A stretch of DNA of 64,000 nt, from NCBI RefSeq assembly GCF_009914755.1, contig NC_060929.1; one strand, 5' to 3'. Shown piece by piece: positions 11,281-26,500 of the stretch (its first letter is position 1; each line of letters begins with the position of its first letter). The translations under genes were made by a program, and so were the position numbers. This DNA comes from the human T2T-CHM13v2.0 reference genome, Homo sapiens. A model generated the notes under the pieces. The model was not told the origin of the DNA, searched no databases, and was given only the letters and a program-made list of their open reading frames with translations.

Positions 11281-14200
11281 AGAATGATTCTCAGAAACTT
11301 CTTTGTGATGTGTGCGTTCAACTCACAGAGTTTAACCTTTCTTTTCATAGAGCAGTTAGGAAACACTCTGTTTGTAAACTCTGCAAGTGGATATTCAGAC
11401 CTCTTTGAGGCCTTCGTTGGAAACGGGATTTCTTCATACTGTGCTAGACAGAAGAATTCTCAGTAACTTCCTTGTGTTGTGTGTATTCAACTCACAGAGT
11501 TGAACGATCCTTTACACAGAGCAGACTTGGAACACTCTTTTTGTGGAATTTGCAAGTGGAGATTTCAGCCGCGTTGAGGTCAATGGTAGAAAAGGAAATA
11601 TCTTCGTATAAAAACTAGACAGAATGATTCTCAGAAACTCCTTTGAGATGTGTGTGTTCAACTCACAGAGTTTAACCTTTCTTTTCATAGAGCAGTTAGG
11701 AATCACTCTGTTTGTAAAGTCTGCAAGTGGATATTCAGACCTCTTTGAGGCCTTCGTTGGAAACGGGTTTTTTTCATATAAGGCTAGACAGCAGAATTCC
11801 CAGTAACTTCCTTGTGTTGTGTGTGTTCAACTCACAGAGTTGAACTTTGATTTACACAGAGTAGATTTGAAACACTCTTTTTGTGGAATTTGCAAGTGGA
11901 GATTTCAAGCGCTTTGAGGCCAAAGGCAGAAAAGGAAATATCTTCGTATAAAAACTAGACAGAATCATTCTCAGAAACTGCTCTGCGATGTGTGCGTTGA
12001 ACTCTCAGAGTTTAACTTTTCTTTTCATTCAGCAGTTTGGAAACACTCTGTTTGTAAAGTCTGCACGTGGATATTTTGACCACTTAGAGGCCTTCGTTGG
12101 AAACGGGTTTTTTTCCTGTAAGGCTAGACAGAAGAATTCCCAGTAACTTCCTTGTGTTGTGTACATTCAACTCACAGAGTTGAACGTTCCCTTAGACAGA
12201 GCAGATTTGAAACACTCTTTTTGTGCAATTGGCAAGTGGAGATTTCAAGCGCTTTAAGGTCAATGGCAGAAAAGGAAATATCTTCGTTTCAAAACTAGAC
12301 AGAATCATTCCCAAAAACTGCGTTGTGATGTGTTCGTTCATCTCACAGAGTTTAACCTTTCTTTTCATAGAGCAGTTAGGAAACACTCTGTTTGTAAATT
12401 CTGTAAGTGGATATTCTGACATCTTGTGGCCTTCGTTGGAAACGGGATTTCTTCATATTCTGCTAGACAGAAGAATTCTCAGAATCTTCCTTGTGTTGTG
12501 TGTATTCAACTCACACAGTTGAACGATGGTTTACACAGAGCAGATTTGAAACACTCTTTTTGTGGAATTTGCAAGTGGAGATTTCAGCCGCTTTGAGGTC
12601 AATGGTAGAAAAGGAAATATCTTCGTATAAAAACTAGACAGAATGATTCTCAGAAACTTCTTTGTGATGTGTGCGTTCAACTCACAGAGTTTAACCTTTC
12701 TTTTCATAGAGCAGTTAGGAAACACTCTGTTTGTAAACTCTGCAAGTGGATATTCAGACCTCTTTGAGGCCTTCGTTGGAAACGGGATTTCTTCATACTG
12801 TGCTAGACAGAAGAATTCTCAGTAACTTCCTTGTGTTGTGTGTATTCAACTCACAGAGTTGAACGATCCTTTACACAGAGCAGACTTGGAACACTCTTTT
12901 TGTGGAATTTGCAAGTGGAGATTTCAGCCGCGTTGAGGTCAATGGTAGAAAAGGAAATATCTTCGTATAAAAACTAGACAGAATGATTCTCAGAAACTCC
13001 TTTGAGATGTGTGTGTTCAACTCACAGAGTTTAACCTTTCTTTTCATAGAGCAGTTAGGAATCACTCTGTTTGTAAAGTCTGCAAGTGGATATTCAGCCC
13101 TCTTTGAGGCCTTCGTTGGAAACGGGTTTTTTTCATATAAGGCTAGACAGAAGAATTCCCAGTAACTTCCTTGTGTTGTGTGTGTTCAACTCACAGAGTT
13201 GAACTTTCATTTACACAGAGCAGATTTGAAACACTCTTTTTGTGGAATTTGCAAGTGGAGATTTCAAGCGCTTTGAGGCCAAAGGCAGAAAAGGAAATAT
13301 CTTCGTATAAAAACTAGACAGAATCATTCTCAGAAACTGCTCTGTGATGTGTGCGTTCAACTCTCAGAGTTTAACTTTTCTTTTCATTCAGCAGTTTGGA
13401 AACACTCTGTTTGTAAAGTCTGCACGTGGATAATTTGACCACTTAGAGGCCTTCGTTGGAAACGGGTTTTTTTCATGTAAGGCTAGACAGAAGAGTTCTC
13501 AGTAACTTCCTTGTGTTGTGTGTATTCAACTCACACAGTTGAACGATCCTTTACAGAGAGCAGACTTGTAACACTCTTTTTGTGGAATTTGCAAGTGGAG
13601 ATTTCAGCCGCTTTGAAGTCAAAGTAGAAAAGGAAATATCTTCCTATAAAAACTAGACAGAATGATTCTCAGAAACTCCTTTGTGATGTGTGCGTTCAAC
13701 TCACAGAGTTTAACCTTTCTTTTCATAGAGCAGTTAGGAAACACTCTGTTTGTAAAGTCTGCAAGTGGATATTCAGACCTCTTTGAGGCCTTCGTTGGAA
13801 ACGGGTTTTTTTCATATAAGGCTAGACAGAAGAATTCCCAGTAACTTCCTTGGGTTGTGTGTGTTCAACTCACAGAGTTGAACTTTCATTTACACAGAGC
13901 AGATTTGAAACACTCTTTTTGTGGAATTTGCAGGTGGAGATTTCAAGCGCTTTGAGGCCAAAGGCAGAAAAGGAAATATCTTCGTATAAAAACTAGACAG
14001 AATCATTCTCAGAAACTGCTCTGCGATGTGTGCGTTCAACTCTCAGAATTTAACTTTTCTTTTCATTCAGCAGTTTGGAAACACTCTGTTTGTAAAGTCT
14101 GCACGTGGATAATTTGACCACTTAGAGGCCTTCGTTGGAAACGGGTTTTTTTCATGTAAGGCTAGACAGAAGAATTCTCAGTAACTTCCTTGTGTTGTGT

Positions 14201-17200
14201 GTATTCAACTCACAGATTTGAACGATCCTTTACACAGAGCAGACATGTAACACTCTTTTTCTGGAATTTGCAAGTGGAGATTTCAGCCGCTTTGAAGTCA
14301 AAGGTAGAAAAGGAAATATCTTCCTATAAAAACTAGACAGAATGATTCTCAGAAACTCCTTTGTGATGTGTGCGTTCAACTCACAGAGTTTAACCTTTCT
14401 TTTCATAGAGCAGTTAGGAAACACTCTGCTTGTAAAGTCTGCAAGTGGATATTCAGACCTCTTTGAGGCCTTCGTTGGAAACGGGATTTCTTCATACTGT
14501 GCTAGACAGAAGAATTCTCAGTAACTTCCTTGTGTTGTGTGTATTCAACTCACAGAGTTGAACGATCCTTTACACAGAGCAGACTTGGAACACTGTTTTT
14601 GTGGAATTTGCAAGTGGAGATTTCAGCCGCGTTGAGGTCAATGGTAGAAAAGGAAATATCTTCGTATAAAAACTAGACAGAATGATTCTCAGAAACTCCT
14701 TTGAGATGTGTGTGTTCAACTCACAGAGTTTAACCTTTCTTTTCATAGAGCAGTTAGGAATCACTCTGTTTGTAAAGTCTGCAAGTGGATATTCAGACCT
14801 CTTTGAGGCCTTCGCTGGAAACGGGTTTTTTTCATATAAGGCTAGACAGAAGAATTCCCAGTAACTTCCTTGTGTTGTGTGTGTTCAACTCACAGAGTTG
14901 AACTTTGATTTACACAGAGCAGATTTGAAACACTCTTTTTGTGGAATTTGCAAGTGGAGATTTCAAGCGCTTTGAGGCCAAAGGCAGAAAAGGAAATATC
15001 TTCGTATAAAAACTAGACAGAATCATTCTCAGAAACTGCTCTGCGATGTGTGCGTTCAACTCTCAGAGTTTAACTTTTCTTTTCATTCAGCAGTTTGGAA
15101 ACACTCTGTTTGTAAAGTCTGCACGTGGATATTTTGACCACTTAGAGGCCTTCGTTGGAAACGGGTTTTTTTCCTGTAAGGCTAGACAGAAGAATTCCCA
15201 GTAACTTCCTTGTGTTGTGTACATTCAACTCACAGAGTTGAACGTTCCCTTAGACAGAGCAGATTTGAAACACTCTTTTTGTGCAATTGGCAAGTGGAGA
15301 TTTCAAGCGCTTTAAGGTCAATGGCAGAAAAGGAAATATCTTCGTTTCAAAACTAGACAGAATCATTCCCACAAACTGCGTTGTGATGTGTTCGTTCAAC
15401 TCACAGAGTTTAACCTTTCTTTTCATAGAGCAGTTAGGAAACAGTCTGTTTGAAAATTCTGTAAGTGGATATTCTGACATCTTGTGGCCTTCGTTGGAAA
15501 CGGGATTTCTTCATATTCTGCTAGACAGAAGAATTCTCAGAATCTTCCTTGTGTTGTGTGTATTCAACTCACAGAGTTGAACGATGGTTTACACAGAGCA
15601 GATTTGAAACACTCATTTGGTGGAATTTGCAAGTGGAGATTTCAGCCGCTTTGAGGTCAATGGTAGAAAAGGAAATATCTTCGTATAACAACTAGACAGA
15701 ATGATTCTCAGAAACTTCCTTGTGATGTGTGTGTTCAACTCACAGAGTTTAACCTTTCTTTTCATAGAGTAGTTAGGAAACACTGTGTTTTCAAACTCTG
15801 CAAGTGGATATTCAGACCTCTTTGAGGCCTTCGTTGGAAACGGGTTTCTTCATACTGTGCTAGACAGAAGAATTCTCAGTAACTTCCTTGTGTTGTGTGT
15901 ATTCAACTCACAGAGTTGAACGATCCTTTACACAGAGCAGACTTGAAACACTCTTTTTGTGGAATTTGCAAGTGGAGATTTCAGCCGCGTTGAGGTCAAT
16001 GGTAGAAAAGGAAATATCTTCGTATAAAAACTAGACAGAATGATTCTCAGAAACTCCTTTGTGATGTGTGTGTTCAACTCACAGAGTTTAACATTTCTTT
16101 TCATAGAGCAGTTAGGAAACACTCTGTTTGTAAAGTCTGCAAGTGGATATTCAGACCTCTTTGAGGCCTTCGTTGGAAACGGGTTTTTTTCATATAAGGC
16201 TAGACAGAAGAATTCCCAGTAACTTCCTTGTGTTGTGTGTGTTCAACTCACAGAGTTGAACTTTCATTTACACAGAGCAGATTTGAAACACTCTTTTTGT
16301 GGAATTTGCAAATGGAGATTTCAAGCGCTTTGAGGCCAAAGGCAGAAAAGGAAATATCTTCGTATAAAAACTAGACAGAATCATTCTCAGAAACTGCTCT
16401 GCGATGTGTGCGTTCAACTCTCAGAGTTTAAGTTTTCTTTTCATTCAGCAGTTTGGAAACACTCTGTTTGTAAAGTCTGCACGTGGATAATTTGACCACT
16501 TAGAGGCCTTCGTTGGAAACGGGTTTTTTTCATGTAAGGCTAGACAGAAGAATTCTCAGTAACTTCCTTGTGTTGTGTGTATTCAACTCACAGAGTTGAA
16601 CGATCCTTTACACAGAGCAGACTTGTAACACTCTTTTTGTGGAATTTGCAAGTGGAGATTTCAGCCGCTTTGAAGTCAAAGGTAGAAAAGGAAATATCTT
16701 CCTATAAAAACTAGACAGAATGATTCTCAGAAACTCCTTTGTGATGTGTACGTTCAACTCACAGAGTTTAACCTTTCTTTTCATAGAGCAGTTAGGAAAC
16801 ACTCTGTTTGTAAAGTCTGCAAGTGGATATTGAGACCTCTTTGAGGCCTTCGTTGGAAACGGGTTTTTTTCATATAAGGCTAGACAGAAGGATTCCCAGT
16901 AACTTCCTTGTGTTGTGTGTGTTCAACTCACAGAGTTGAACTTTCATTTACAAAGAGCAGATTTGAAACACTCTTTTTGTGGAATTTGCAAGTGGAGATT
17001 TCAAGCGCTTTGAGGCCAAAGGCAGAAAAGGAAATATCTTCGTATAAAAACTAGACAGAATCATTCTCAGAAACTGCTCTGCGATGTGTGCGTTCAACTC
17101 TCAGAGTTTAACTTTTCTTTTCATTCAGCAGTTTGGAAACACTCTGTTTGTAAAGTCTGCACGTGGATAATTTGACCACTTAGAGGCCTTCGTTGGAAAC

Positions 17201-17549
17201 GGGTTTTTTTCATGTAAGGCTAGACAGAAGAATTCTCAGTAACTTCCTTGTGTTGTGTGTATTCAACTCACAGAGTTGAACGATCCTTTACACAGAGCAG
17301 ACTTGTAACACTCTTTTTGTGGAATTTGCAAGTGGAGATTTCAGCCGCTTTGAAGTCAAAGGTAGAAAAGGAAATATCTTCCTATAAAAACTAGACAGAA
17401 TGATTCTCAGAAACTCCTTTGTGATGTGTGCGTTCAACTCACAGAGTTTAACCTTTCTTTTCATAGAGCAGTTAGGAAACACTCTGCTTGTAAAGTCTGC
17501 AAGTGGATATTCAGCCCTCTTTGAGGCCTTCGTTGGAAACGGGTTTTTT

Positions 17550-20500
17550 TCATATAAGGCTAGACAGAAGAATTCCCAGTAACTTCCTTGTGTTGTGTGT
17601 GTTCAACTCACAGAGTTGAACTTTGATTTACACAGAGCAGATTTGAAACACTCTTTTTGTGGAATTTGCAAGTGGAGATTTCAAGCGCTTTGAGGCCAAA
17701 GGCAGAAAAGGAAATATCTTCGTATAAAAACTAGACAGAATCATTCTCAGAAACTGCTCTGCGATGTGTGCGTTCAACTCTCAGAGTTTAACTTTTCTTT
17801 TCATTCAGCAGTTTGGAAACACTCTGTTTGTAAAGTCTGCACGTGGATATTTTGACCACTTAGAGGCCTTCGTTGGAAACGGGTTTTTTTCCTGTAAGGC
17901 TAGACAGAAGAATTCCCAGTAACTTCCTTGTGTTGTGTACATTCAACTCACAGAGTTGAACGTTCCCTTAGACAGAGCAGATTTGAAACACTCTTTTTGT
18001 GCAATTGGCAAGTGGAGATTTCAAGCGCTTTAAGGTCAATGGCAGAAAAGGAAATATCTTCGTTTCAAAACTAGAGAGAATCATTCCCAAAAACTGCGTT
18101 GTGATGTGTTCGTTCATCTCACAGAGTTTAACCTTTCTTTTCATAGAGCAGTTAGGAAACAGTCTGTTTGTAAATTCTGTAAGTGGATATTCTGACATCT
18201 TGTGGCCTTCGTTGGAAACGGGATTTCTTCATATTCTGCTAGACAGAAGAATTCTCAGAATCTTCCTTGTGTTGTGTGTATTCAACTCACAGAGTTGAAC
18301 GATGGTTTACACAGAGCAGATTTGAAACACACTTTTTGTGGAATTTGCAAGTGGAGATTTCAGCCGCTTTGAGGTCAATGGTAGAAAAGGAAATATCTTC
18401 GTATAAAAACTAGACAGAATGATTCTCAGAAACTTCTTTGTGATGTGTGCGTTCAACTCACAGAGTTTAACCTTTCTTTTCATAGAGCAGTTAGGAAACA
18501 CTCTGTTTGTAAACTCTGCAAGTGGATATTCAGACCTCTTTGAGGCCTTCGTTGGAAACGGGATTTCTTCATACTGTGCTAGACAGAAGAATTCTCAGTA
18601 ACTTCCTTGTGTTGTGTGTATTCAACTCACAGAGTTGACCGATCCTTTACACAGAGCAGACTTGTAACACTCTTTTTGTGGAATTTGCAAGTGGAGATTT
18701 CAGCCGCTTTGAAGTCAAAGGTAGAAAAGGGAATATCTTCCTATAAAAACTAGACAGAATGATTCTCAGAAACTCCTTTGTGATGTGTGCGTTCAACTCA
18801 CAGAGTTTAACCTTTCTTTTCATAGAGCAGTTAGGAAACACTCTGTTTCTAAAGTCTGCAAGTGGATATTCAGACCTCTTTGAGGCCTTCGTTGGAAACG
18901 GGTTTTTTTCATATAAGGCTAGAGAGAAGAATTCCCAGTAACTTCCTTGTGTTGTGTGTGTTCAACTCACAGAGTTGAACTTTCATTTACACAGAGCAGA
19001 TTTGAAACACTCTTTTTGTGGAATTTGCAAGTGGAGATTTCAAGCGCTGTGAGGCCAAAGGCAGAAAAGGAAATATCTTCGTATAAAAACTAGACAGAAT
19101 CATTCTCAGAAACTGCTCTGCGATGTGTGCGTTCAACTCTCAGAGTTTAACTTTTCTTTTCATTCAGCAGTTTGGAAACACTCTGTTTGTAAAGTCTGCA
19201 CGTGGATAATTTGACCACTTAGAGGCCTTCGTTGGAAACGGGTTTTTTTCATGTAAGGCTAGACAGAAGAATTCTCAGTAACTTCCTTGTGTTGTGTGTA
19301 TTCAACTCACACAGTTGAACGATCCTTTACACAGAGCAGACTTGTAACACTCTTTTTGTGGAATTTGCAAGTGGAGATTTCAGCCGCTTTGAAGTCAAAG
19401 GTAGAAAAGGAAATATCTTCCTATAAAAACTAGACAGAAAGATTCTCAGAAACTCCTTTGTGATGTGTGCGTTCAACTCACAGAGTTTAACCTTTCTTTT
19501 CATAGAGCAGTTAGGAAACACTCTGTTTGTAAAGTCTGCAAGTGGATATTCAGACCTCTTTGAGGCCTTCGTTGGAAACGGGTTTTTTTCATATAAGGCT
19601 AGACAGAAGAATTCCCAGTAACTTCCTTGTGTTGTGTGTGTTCAACTGACAGAGTTGAACTTTCATTTACACAGAGCAGATTTGAAACACTCTTTTTGTG
19701 GAATTTGCAAGTGGAGATTTCAAGCGCTTTGAGGCCAAAGGCAGAAAAGGAAATATCTTCGCATAAAAACTAGACAGAATCATTCTCAGAAACTGCTCTG
19801 TGATGTGTGCGTTCAACTCTCAGAGTTTAACTTTTCTTTTCATTCAGCAGTTTGGAAACACTCTGTTTGTAAAGTCTGCACGTGGATAATTTGACCACTT
19901 AGAGGCCTTCGTTGGAAACGGGTTTTTTTCATGTAAGGCTAGACAGAAGAGTTCTCAGTAACTTCCTTGTGTTGTGTGTATTCAACTCACACAGTTGAAC
20001 GATCCTTTACAGAGAGCAGACTTGTAACACTCTTTTTGTGGAATTTGCAAGTGGAGATTTCAGCCGCTTTGAAGTCAAAGTAGAAAAGGAAATATCTTCC
20101 TATAAAAACTAGACAGAATGATTCTCAGAAACTCCTTTGTGATGTGTGCGTTCAACTCACAGAGTTTAACCTTTCTTTTCATAGAGCAGTTAGGAAACAC
20201 TCTGTTTGTAAAGTCTGCAAGTGGATATTCAGACCTCTTTGAGGCCTTCGTTGGAAACGGGTTTTTTTCATATAAGGCTAGACAGAAGAATTCCCAGTAA
20301 CTTCCTTGTGTTGTGTGTGTTCAACTCACAGAGTTGAACTTTCATTTACACAGAGCAGATTTGAAACACTCTTTTTGTGGAATTTGCAGGTGGAGATTTC
20401 AAGCGCTTTGAGGCCAAAGGCAGAAAAGGAAATATCTTCGTATAAAAACTAGACAGAATCATTCTCAGAAACTGCTCTGCGATGTGTGCGTTCAACTCTC

Positions 20501-23500
20501 AGAGTTTAACTTTTCTTTTCATTCAGCAGTTTGGAAACACTCTGTTTGTAAAGTCTGCACGTGGATAATTTGACCACTTAGAGGCCTTCGTTGGAAACGG
20601 GTTTTTTTCATGTAAGGCTAGACAGAAGAATTCTCAGTAACTTCCTTGTGTTGTGTGTATTCAACTCACAGAGTTGAACGATCCTTTACACAGAGCAGAC
20701 TTGTAACACTCTTTTTGTGGAATTTGCAAGTGGAGATTTCAGCCGCTTTGAAGTCAAAGGTAGAAAAGGAAATATCTTCTTATAAAAACTAGACAGAATG
20801 ATTCTCAGAAACTCCTTTGTGATGTGTGCGTTCAACTCACAGAGTTTAACCTTTCTTTTCATAGAGCAGTTAGGAAACACTCTGTTTGTAAAGTCTGCAA
20901 GTGGATATTCAGCCCTCTTTGAGGCCTTCGTTGGAAACGGTTTTTTTTCATATAAGGCTAGACAGAAGAATTCCCAGTAACTTCCTTGTGTTGTGTGTGT
21001 TCAACTCACAGAGTTGAACTTTGATTTACACAGAGCAGATTTGAAACACTCTTTTTGTGGAATTTGCAAGTGGAGATTTCAAGCGCTTTGAGGCCAAAGG
21101 CAGAAAAGGAAATATCTTCGTATAAAAACTAGACAGAATCATTCTCAGAAACTGCTCTGCGATGTGTGCGTTCAACTCTCAGAGTTTAACTTTTCTTTTC
21201 ATTCAGCAGTTTGGAAACACTCTGTTTGTAAAGTCTGCACGTGGATATTTTGACCACTTAGAGGCCTTCGTTGGAAACGGGTTTTTTTCCTGTAAGGCTA
21301 GACAGAAGAATTCCCAGTAACTTCCTTGTGTTGTGTACATTCAACTCACAGAGTTGAACGTTCCCTTAGACAGAGCAGATTTGAAACACTCTTTTTGTGC
21401 AATTGGCAAGTGGAGATTTCAAGCGCTTTAAGGTCAATGGCAGAAAAGGAAATATCTTCGTTTCAAAACTAGAGAGAATCATTCCCAAAAACTGCGTTGT
21501 GATGTGTTCGTTCATCTCACAGAGTTTAACCTTTCTTTTCATAGAGCAGTTAGGAAACAGTCTGTTTGTAAATTCTGTAAGTGGATATTCTGACATCTTG
21601 TGGCCTTCGTTGGAAACGGGATTTCTTCATATTCTGCTAGACAGAAGAATTCTCAGAATCTTCCTTGTGTTGTGTGTATTCAACTCACAGAGTTGAACGA
21701 TGGTTTACACAGAGCAGATTTGAAACACTCTTTTTGTGGAATTTGCAAGTGGAGATTTCAGCCGCTTTGAGGTCAATGGTAGAAAAGGAAATATCTTCGT
21801 ATAAAAACTAGACAGAATGATTCTCAGAAACTTCTTTGTGATGTGTGCGTTCAACTCACAGAGTTTAACCTTTCTTTTCATAGAGCAGTTAGGAAACACT
21901 CTGTTTGTAAACTCTGCAAGTGGATATTCAGACCTCTTTGAGGCCTTCGTTGGAAACGGGATTTCTTCATACTGTGCTAGACAGAAGAATTCTCAGTAAC
22001 TTCCTTGTGTTGTGTGTATTCAACTCACAGAGTTGACCGATCCTTTACACAGAGCAGACTTGAAACACTCTTTTTGTGGAATTTGCAAGTGGAGATTTCA
22101 GCCGCTTTGAAGTCAAAGGTAGAAAAGGGAATATCTTCCTATAAAAACTAGACAGAATGATTCTCAGAAACTCCTTTGTGATGTGTGCGTTCAACTCACA
22201 GAGTTTAACCTTTCTTTTCATAGAGCAGTTAGGAAACACTCTGTTTCTAAAGTCTGCAAGTGGATATTCAGACCTCTTTGAGGCCTTCTTTGGAAACGGG
22301 TTTTTTTCATATAAGGCTAGAGAGAAGAATTCCCAGTAACTTCCTTGTGTTGTGTGTGTTCAACTCACAGAGTTGAACTTTCATTTACACAGAGCAGATT
22401 TGAAACACTCTTTTTGTGGAATTTGCAAGTGGAGATTTCAAGCGCTGTGAGGCCAAAGGCAGAAAAGGAAATATCTTCGTATAAAAACTAGACAGAATCA
22501 TTCTCAGAAACTGCTCTGCGATGTGTGCGTTCAACTCTCAGAGTTTAACTTTTCTTTTCATTCAGCAGTTTGGAAACACTCTGTTTGTAAAGTCTGCACG
22601 TGGATAACTTGACCACTTAGAGGCCTTCGTTGGAAACGGGTTTTTTTCATGTAAGGCTAGACAGAAGAATTCTCAGTAACTTCCTTGTGTTGTGTGTATT
22701 CAACTCACAGAGTTGAACGATCCTTTACACAGAGCAGACTTGTAACACTCTTTTTGTGGAATTTGCAAGTGGAGATTTCAGCCGCTTTGAAGTCAAAGGT
22801 AGAAAAGGAAATATCTTCCTATAAAAACTAGACAGAATGATTCTCAGAAACTCCTTTGTGATGTGTGCGTTCAACTCACAGAGTTTAACCTTTCTTTTCA
22901 TAGAGCAGTTAGGAAACACTCTGTTTGTAAAGTCTGCAAGTGGATATTCAGCCCTCTTTGAGGCCTTCGTTGGAAACGGTTTTTTTTCATATAAGGCTAG
23001 ACAGAAGAATTCCCAGTAACTTCCTTGTGTTGTGTGTGTTCAACTCACAGAGTTGAACTTTGATTTACACAGAGCAGATTTGAAACACTCTTTTTGTGGA
23101 ATTTGCAAGTGGAGATTTCAAGCGCTTTGAGGCCAAAGGCAGAAAAGGAAATATCTTCGTATAAAAACTAGACAGAATCATTCTCAGAAACTGCTCTGCG
23201 ATGTGTGCGTTCAACTCTCAGAGTTTAACTTTTCTTTTCATTCAGCAGTTTGGAAACACTCTGTTTGTAAAGTCTGCACGTGGATATTTTGACCACTTAG
23301 AGGCCTTCGTTGGAAACGGGTTTTTTTCCTGTAAGGCTAGACAGAAGAATTCCCAGTAACTTCCTTGTGTTGTGTACATTCAACTCACAGAGTTGAACGT
23401 TCCCTTAGACAGAGCAGATTTGAAACACTCTTTTTGTGCAATTGGCAAGTGGAGATTTCAAGCGCTTTAAGGTCAATGGCAGAAAAGGAAATATCTTCGT

Positions 23501-26500
23501 TTCAAAACTAGAGAGAATCATTCCCAAAAACTGCGTTGTGATGTGTTCGTTCATCTCACAGAGTTTAACCTTTCTTTTCATAGAGCAGTTAGGAAACAGT
23601 CTGTTTGTAAATTCTGTAAGTGGATATTCTGACATCTTGTGGCCTTCGTTGGAAACGGGATTTCTTCATATTCTGCTAGACAGAAGAATTCTCAGAATCT
23701 TCCTTGTGTTGTGTGTATTCAACTCACAGAGTTGAACGATGGTTTACACAGAGCAGATTTGAAACACACTTTTTGTGGAATTTGCAAGTGGAGATTTCAG
23801 CCGCTTTGAGGTCAATGGTAGAAAAGGAAATATCTTCGTATAAAAACTAGACAGAATGATTCTCAGAAACTTCTTTGTGATGTGTGCGTTCAACTCACAG
23901 AGTTTAACCTTTCTTTTCATAGAGCAGTTAGGAAACACTCTGTTTGTAAACTCTGCAAGTGGATATTCAGACCTCTTTGAGGCCTTCGTTGGAAACGGGA
24001 TTTCTTCATACTGTGCTAGACAGAAGAATTCTCAGTAACTTCCTTGTGTTGTGTGTATTCAACTCACAGAGTTGACCGATCCTTTACACAGAGCAGACTT
24101 GTAACACTCTTTTTGTGGAATTTGCAAGTGGAGATTTCAGCCGCTTTGAAGTCAAAGGTAGAAAAGGGAATATCTTCCTATAAAAACTAGACAGAATGAT
24201 TCTCAGAAACTCCTTTGTGATGTGTGCGTTCAACTCACAGAGTTTAACCTTTCTTTTCATAGAGCAGTTAGGAAACACTCTGTTTCTAAAGTCTGCAAGT
24301 GGATATTCAGACCTCTTTGAGGCCTTCGTTGGAAACGGGTTTTTTTCATATAAGGCTAGAGAGAAGAATTCCCAGTAACTTCCTTGTGTTGTGTGTGTTC
24401 AACTCACAGAGTTGAACTTTCATTTACACAGAGCAGATTTGAAACACTCTTTTTGTGGAATTTGCAAGTGGAGATTTCAAGCGCTGTGAGGCCAAAGGCA
24501 GAAAAGGAAATATCTTCGTATAAAAACTAGACAGAATCATTCTCAGAAACTGCTCTGCGATGTGTGCGTTCAACTCTCAGAGTTTAACTTTTCTTTTCAT
24601 TCAGCAGTTTGGAAACACTCTGTTTGTAAAGTCTGCACGTGGATAATTTGACCACTTAGAGGCCTTCGTTGGAAACGGGTTTTTTTCATGTAAGGCTAGA
24701 CAGAAGAATTCTCAGTAACTTCCTTGTGTTGTGTGTATTCAACTCACACAGTTGAACGATCCTTTACACAGAGCAGACTTGTAACACTCTTTTTGTGGAA
24801 TTTGCAAGTGGAGATTTCAGCCGCTTTGAAGTCAAAGGTAGAAAAGGAAATATCTTCCTATAAAAACTAGACAGAAAGATTCTCAGAAACTCCTTTGTGA
24901 TGTGTGCGTTCAACTCACAGAGTTTAACCTTTCTTTTCATAGAGCAGTTAGGAAACACTCTGTTTGTAAAGTCTGCAAGTGGATATTCAGACCTCTTTGA
25001 GGCCTTCGTTGGAAACGGGTTTTTTTCATATAAGGCTAGACAGAAGAATTCCCAGTAACTTCCTTGTGTTGTGTGTGTTCAACTGACAGAGTTGAACTTT
25101 CATTTACACAGAGCAGATTTGAAACACTCTTTTTGTGGAATTTGCAAGTGGAGATTTCAAGCGCTTTGAGGCCAAAGGCAGAAAAGGAAATATCTTCGCA
25201 TAAAAACTAGACAGAATCATTCTCAGAAACTGCTCTGTGATGTGTGCGTTCAACTCTCAGAGTTTAACTTTTCTTTTCATTCAGCAGTTTGGAAACACTC
25301 TGTTTGTAAAGTCTGCACGTGGATAATTTGACCACTTAGAGGCCTTCGTTGGAAACGGGTTTTTTTCATGTAAGGCTAGACAGAAGAGTTCTCAGTAACT
25401 TCCTTGTGTTGTGTGTATTCAACTCACACAGTTGAACGATCCTTTACAGAGAGCAGACTTGTAACACTCTTTTTGTGGAATTTGCAAGTGGAGATTTCAG
25501 CCGCTTTGAAGTCAAAGTAGAAAAGGAAATATCTTCCTATAAAAACTAGACAGAATGATTCTCAGAAACTCCTTTGTGATGTGTGCGTTCAACTCACAGA
25601 GTTTAACCTTTCTTTTCATAGAGCAGTTAGGAAACACTCTGTTTGTAAAGTCTGCAAGTGGATATTCAGACCTCTTTGAGGCCTTCGTTGGAAACGGGTT
25701 TTTTTCATATAAGGCTAGACAGAAGAATTCCCAGTAACTTCCTTGTGTTGTGTGTGTTCAACTCACAGAGTTGAACTTTCATTTACACAGAGCAGATTTG
25801 AAACACTCTTTTTGTGGAATTTGCAGGTGGAGATTTCAAGCGCTTTGAGGCCAAAGGCAGAAAAGGAAATATCTTCGTATAAAAACTAGACAGAATCATT
25901 CTCAGAAACTGCTCTGCGATGTGTGCGTTCAACTCTCAGAGTTTAACTTTTCTTTTCATTCAGCAGTTTGGAAACACTCTGTTTGTAAAGTCTGCACGTG
26001 GATAATTTGACCACTTAGAGGCCTTCGTTGGAAACGGGTTTTTTTCATGTAAGGCTAGACAGAAGAATTCTCAGTAACTTCCTTGTGTTGTGTGTATTCA
26101 ACTCACAGAGTTGAACGATCCTTTACACAGAGCAGACTTGTAACACTCTTTTTGTGGAATTTGCAAGTGGAGATTTCAGCCGCTTTGAAGTCAAAGGTAG
26201 AAAAGGAAATATCTTCTTATAAAAACTAGACAGAATGATTCTCAGAAACTCCTTTGTGATGTGTGCGTTCAACTCACAGAGTTTAACCTTTCTTTTCATA
26301 GAGCAGTTAGGAAACACTCTGTTTGTAAAGTCTGCAAGTGGATATTCAGCCCTCTTTGAGGCCTTCGTTGGAAACGGTTTTTTTTCATATAAGGCTAGAC
26401 AGAAGAATTCCCAGTAACTTCCTTGTGTTGTGTGTGTTCAACTCACAGAGTTGAACTTTGATTTACACAGAGCAGATTTGAAACACTCTTTTTGTGGAAT

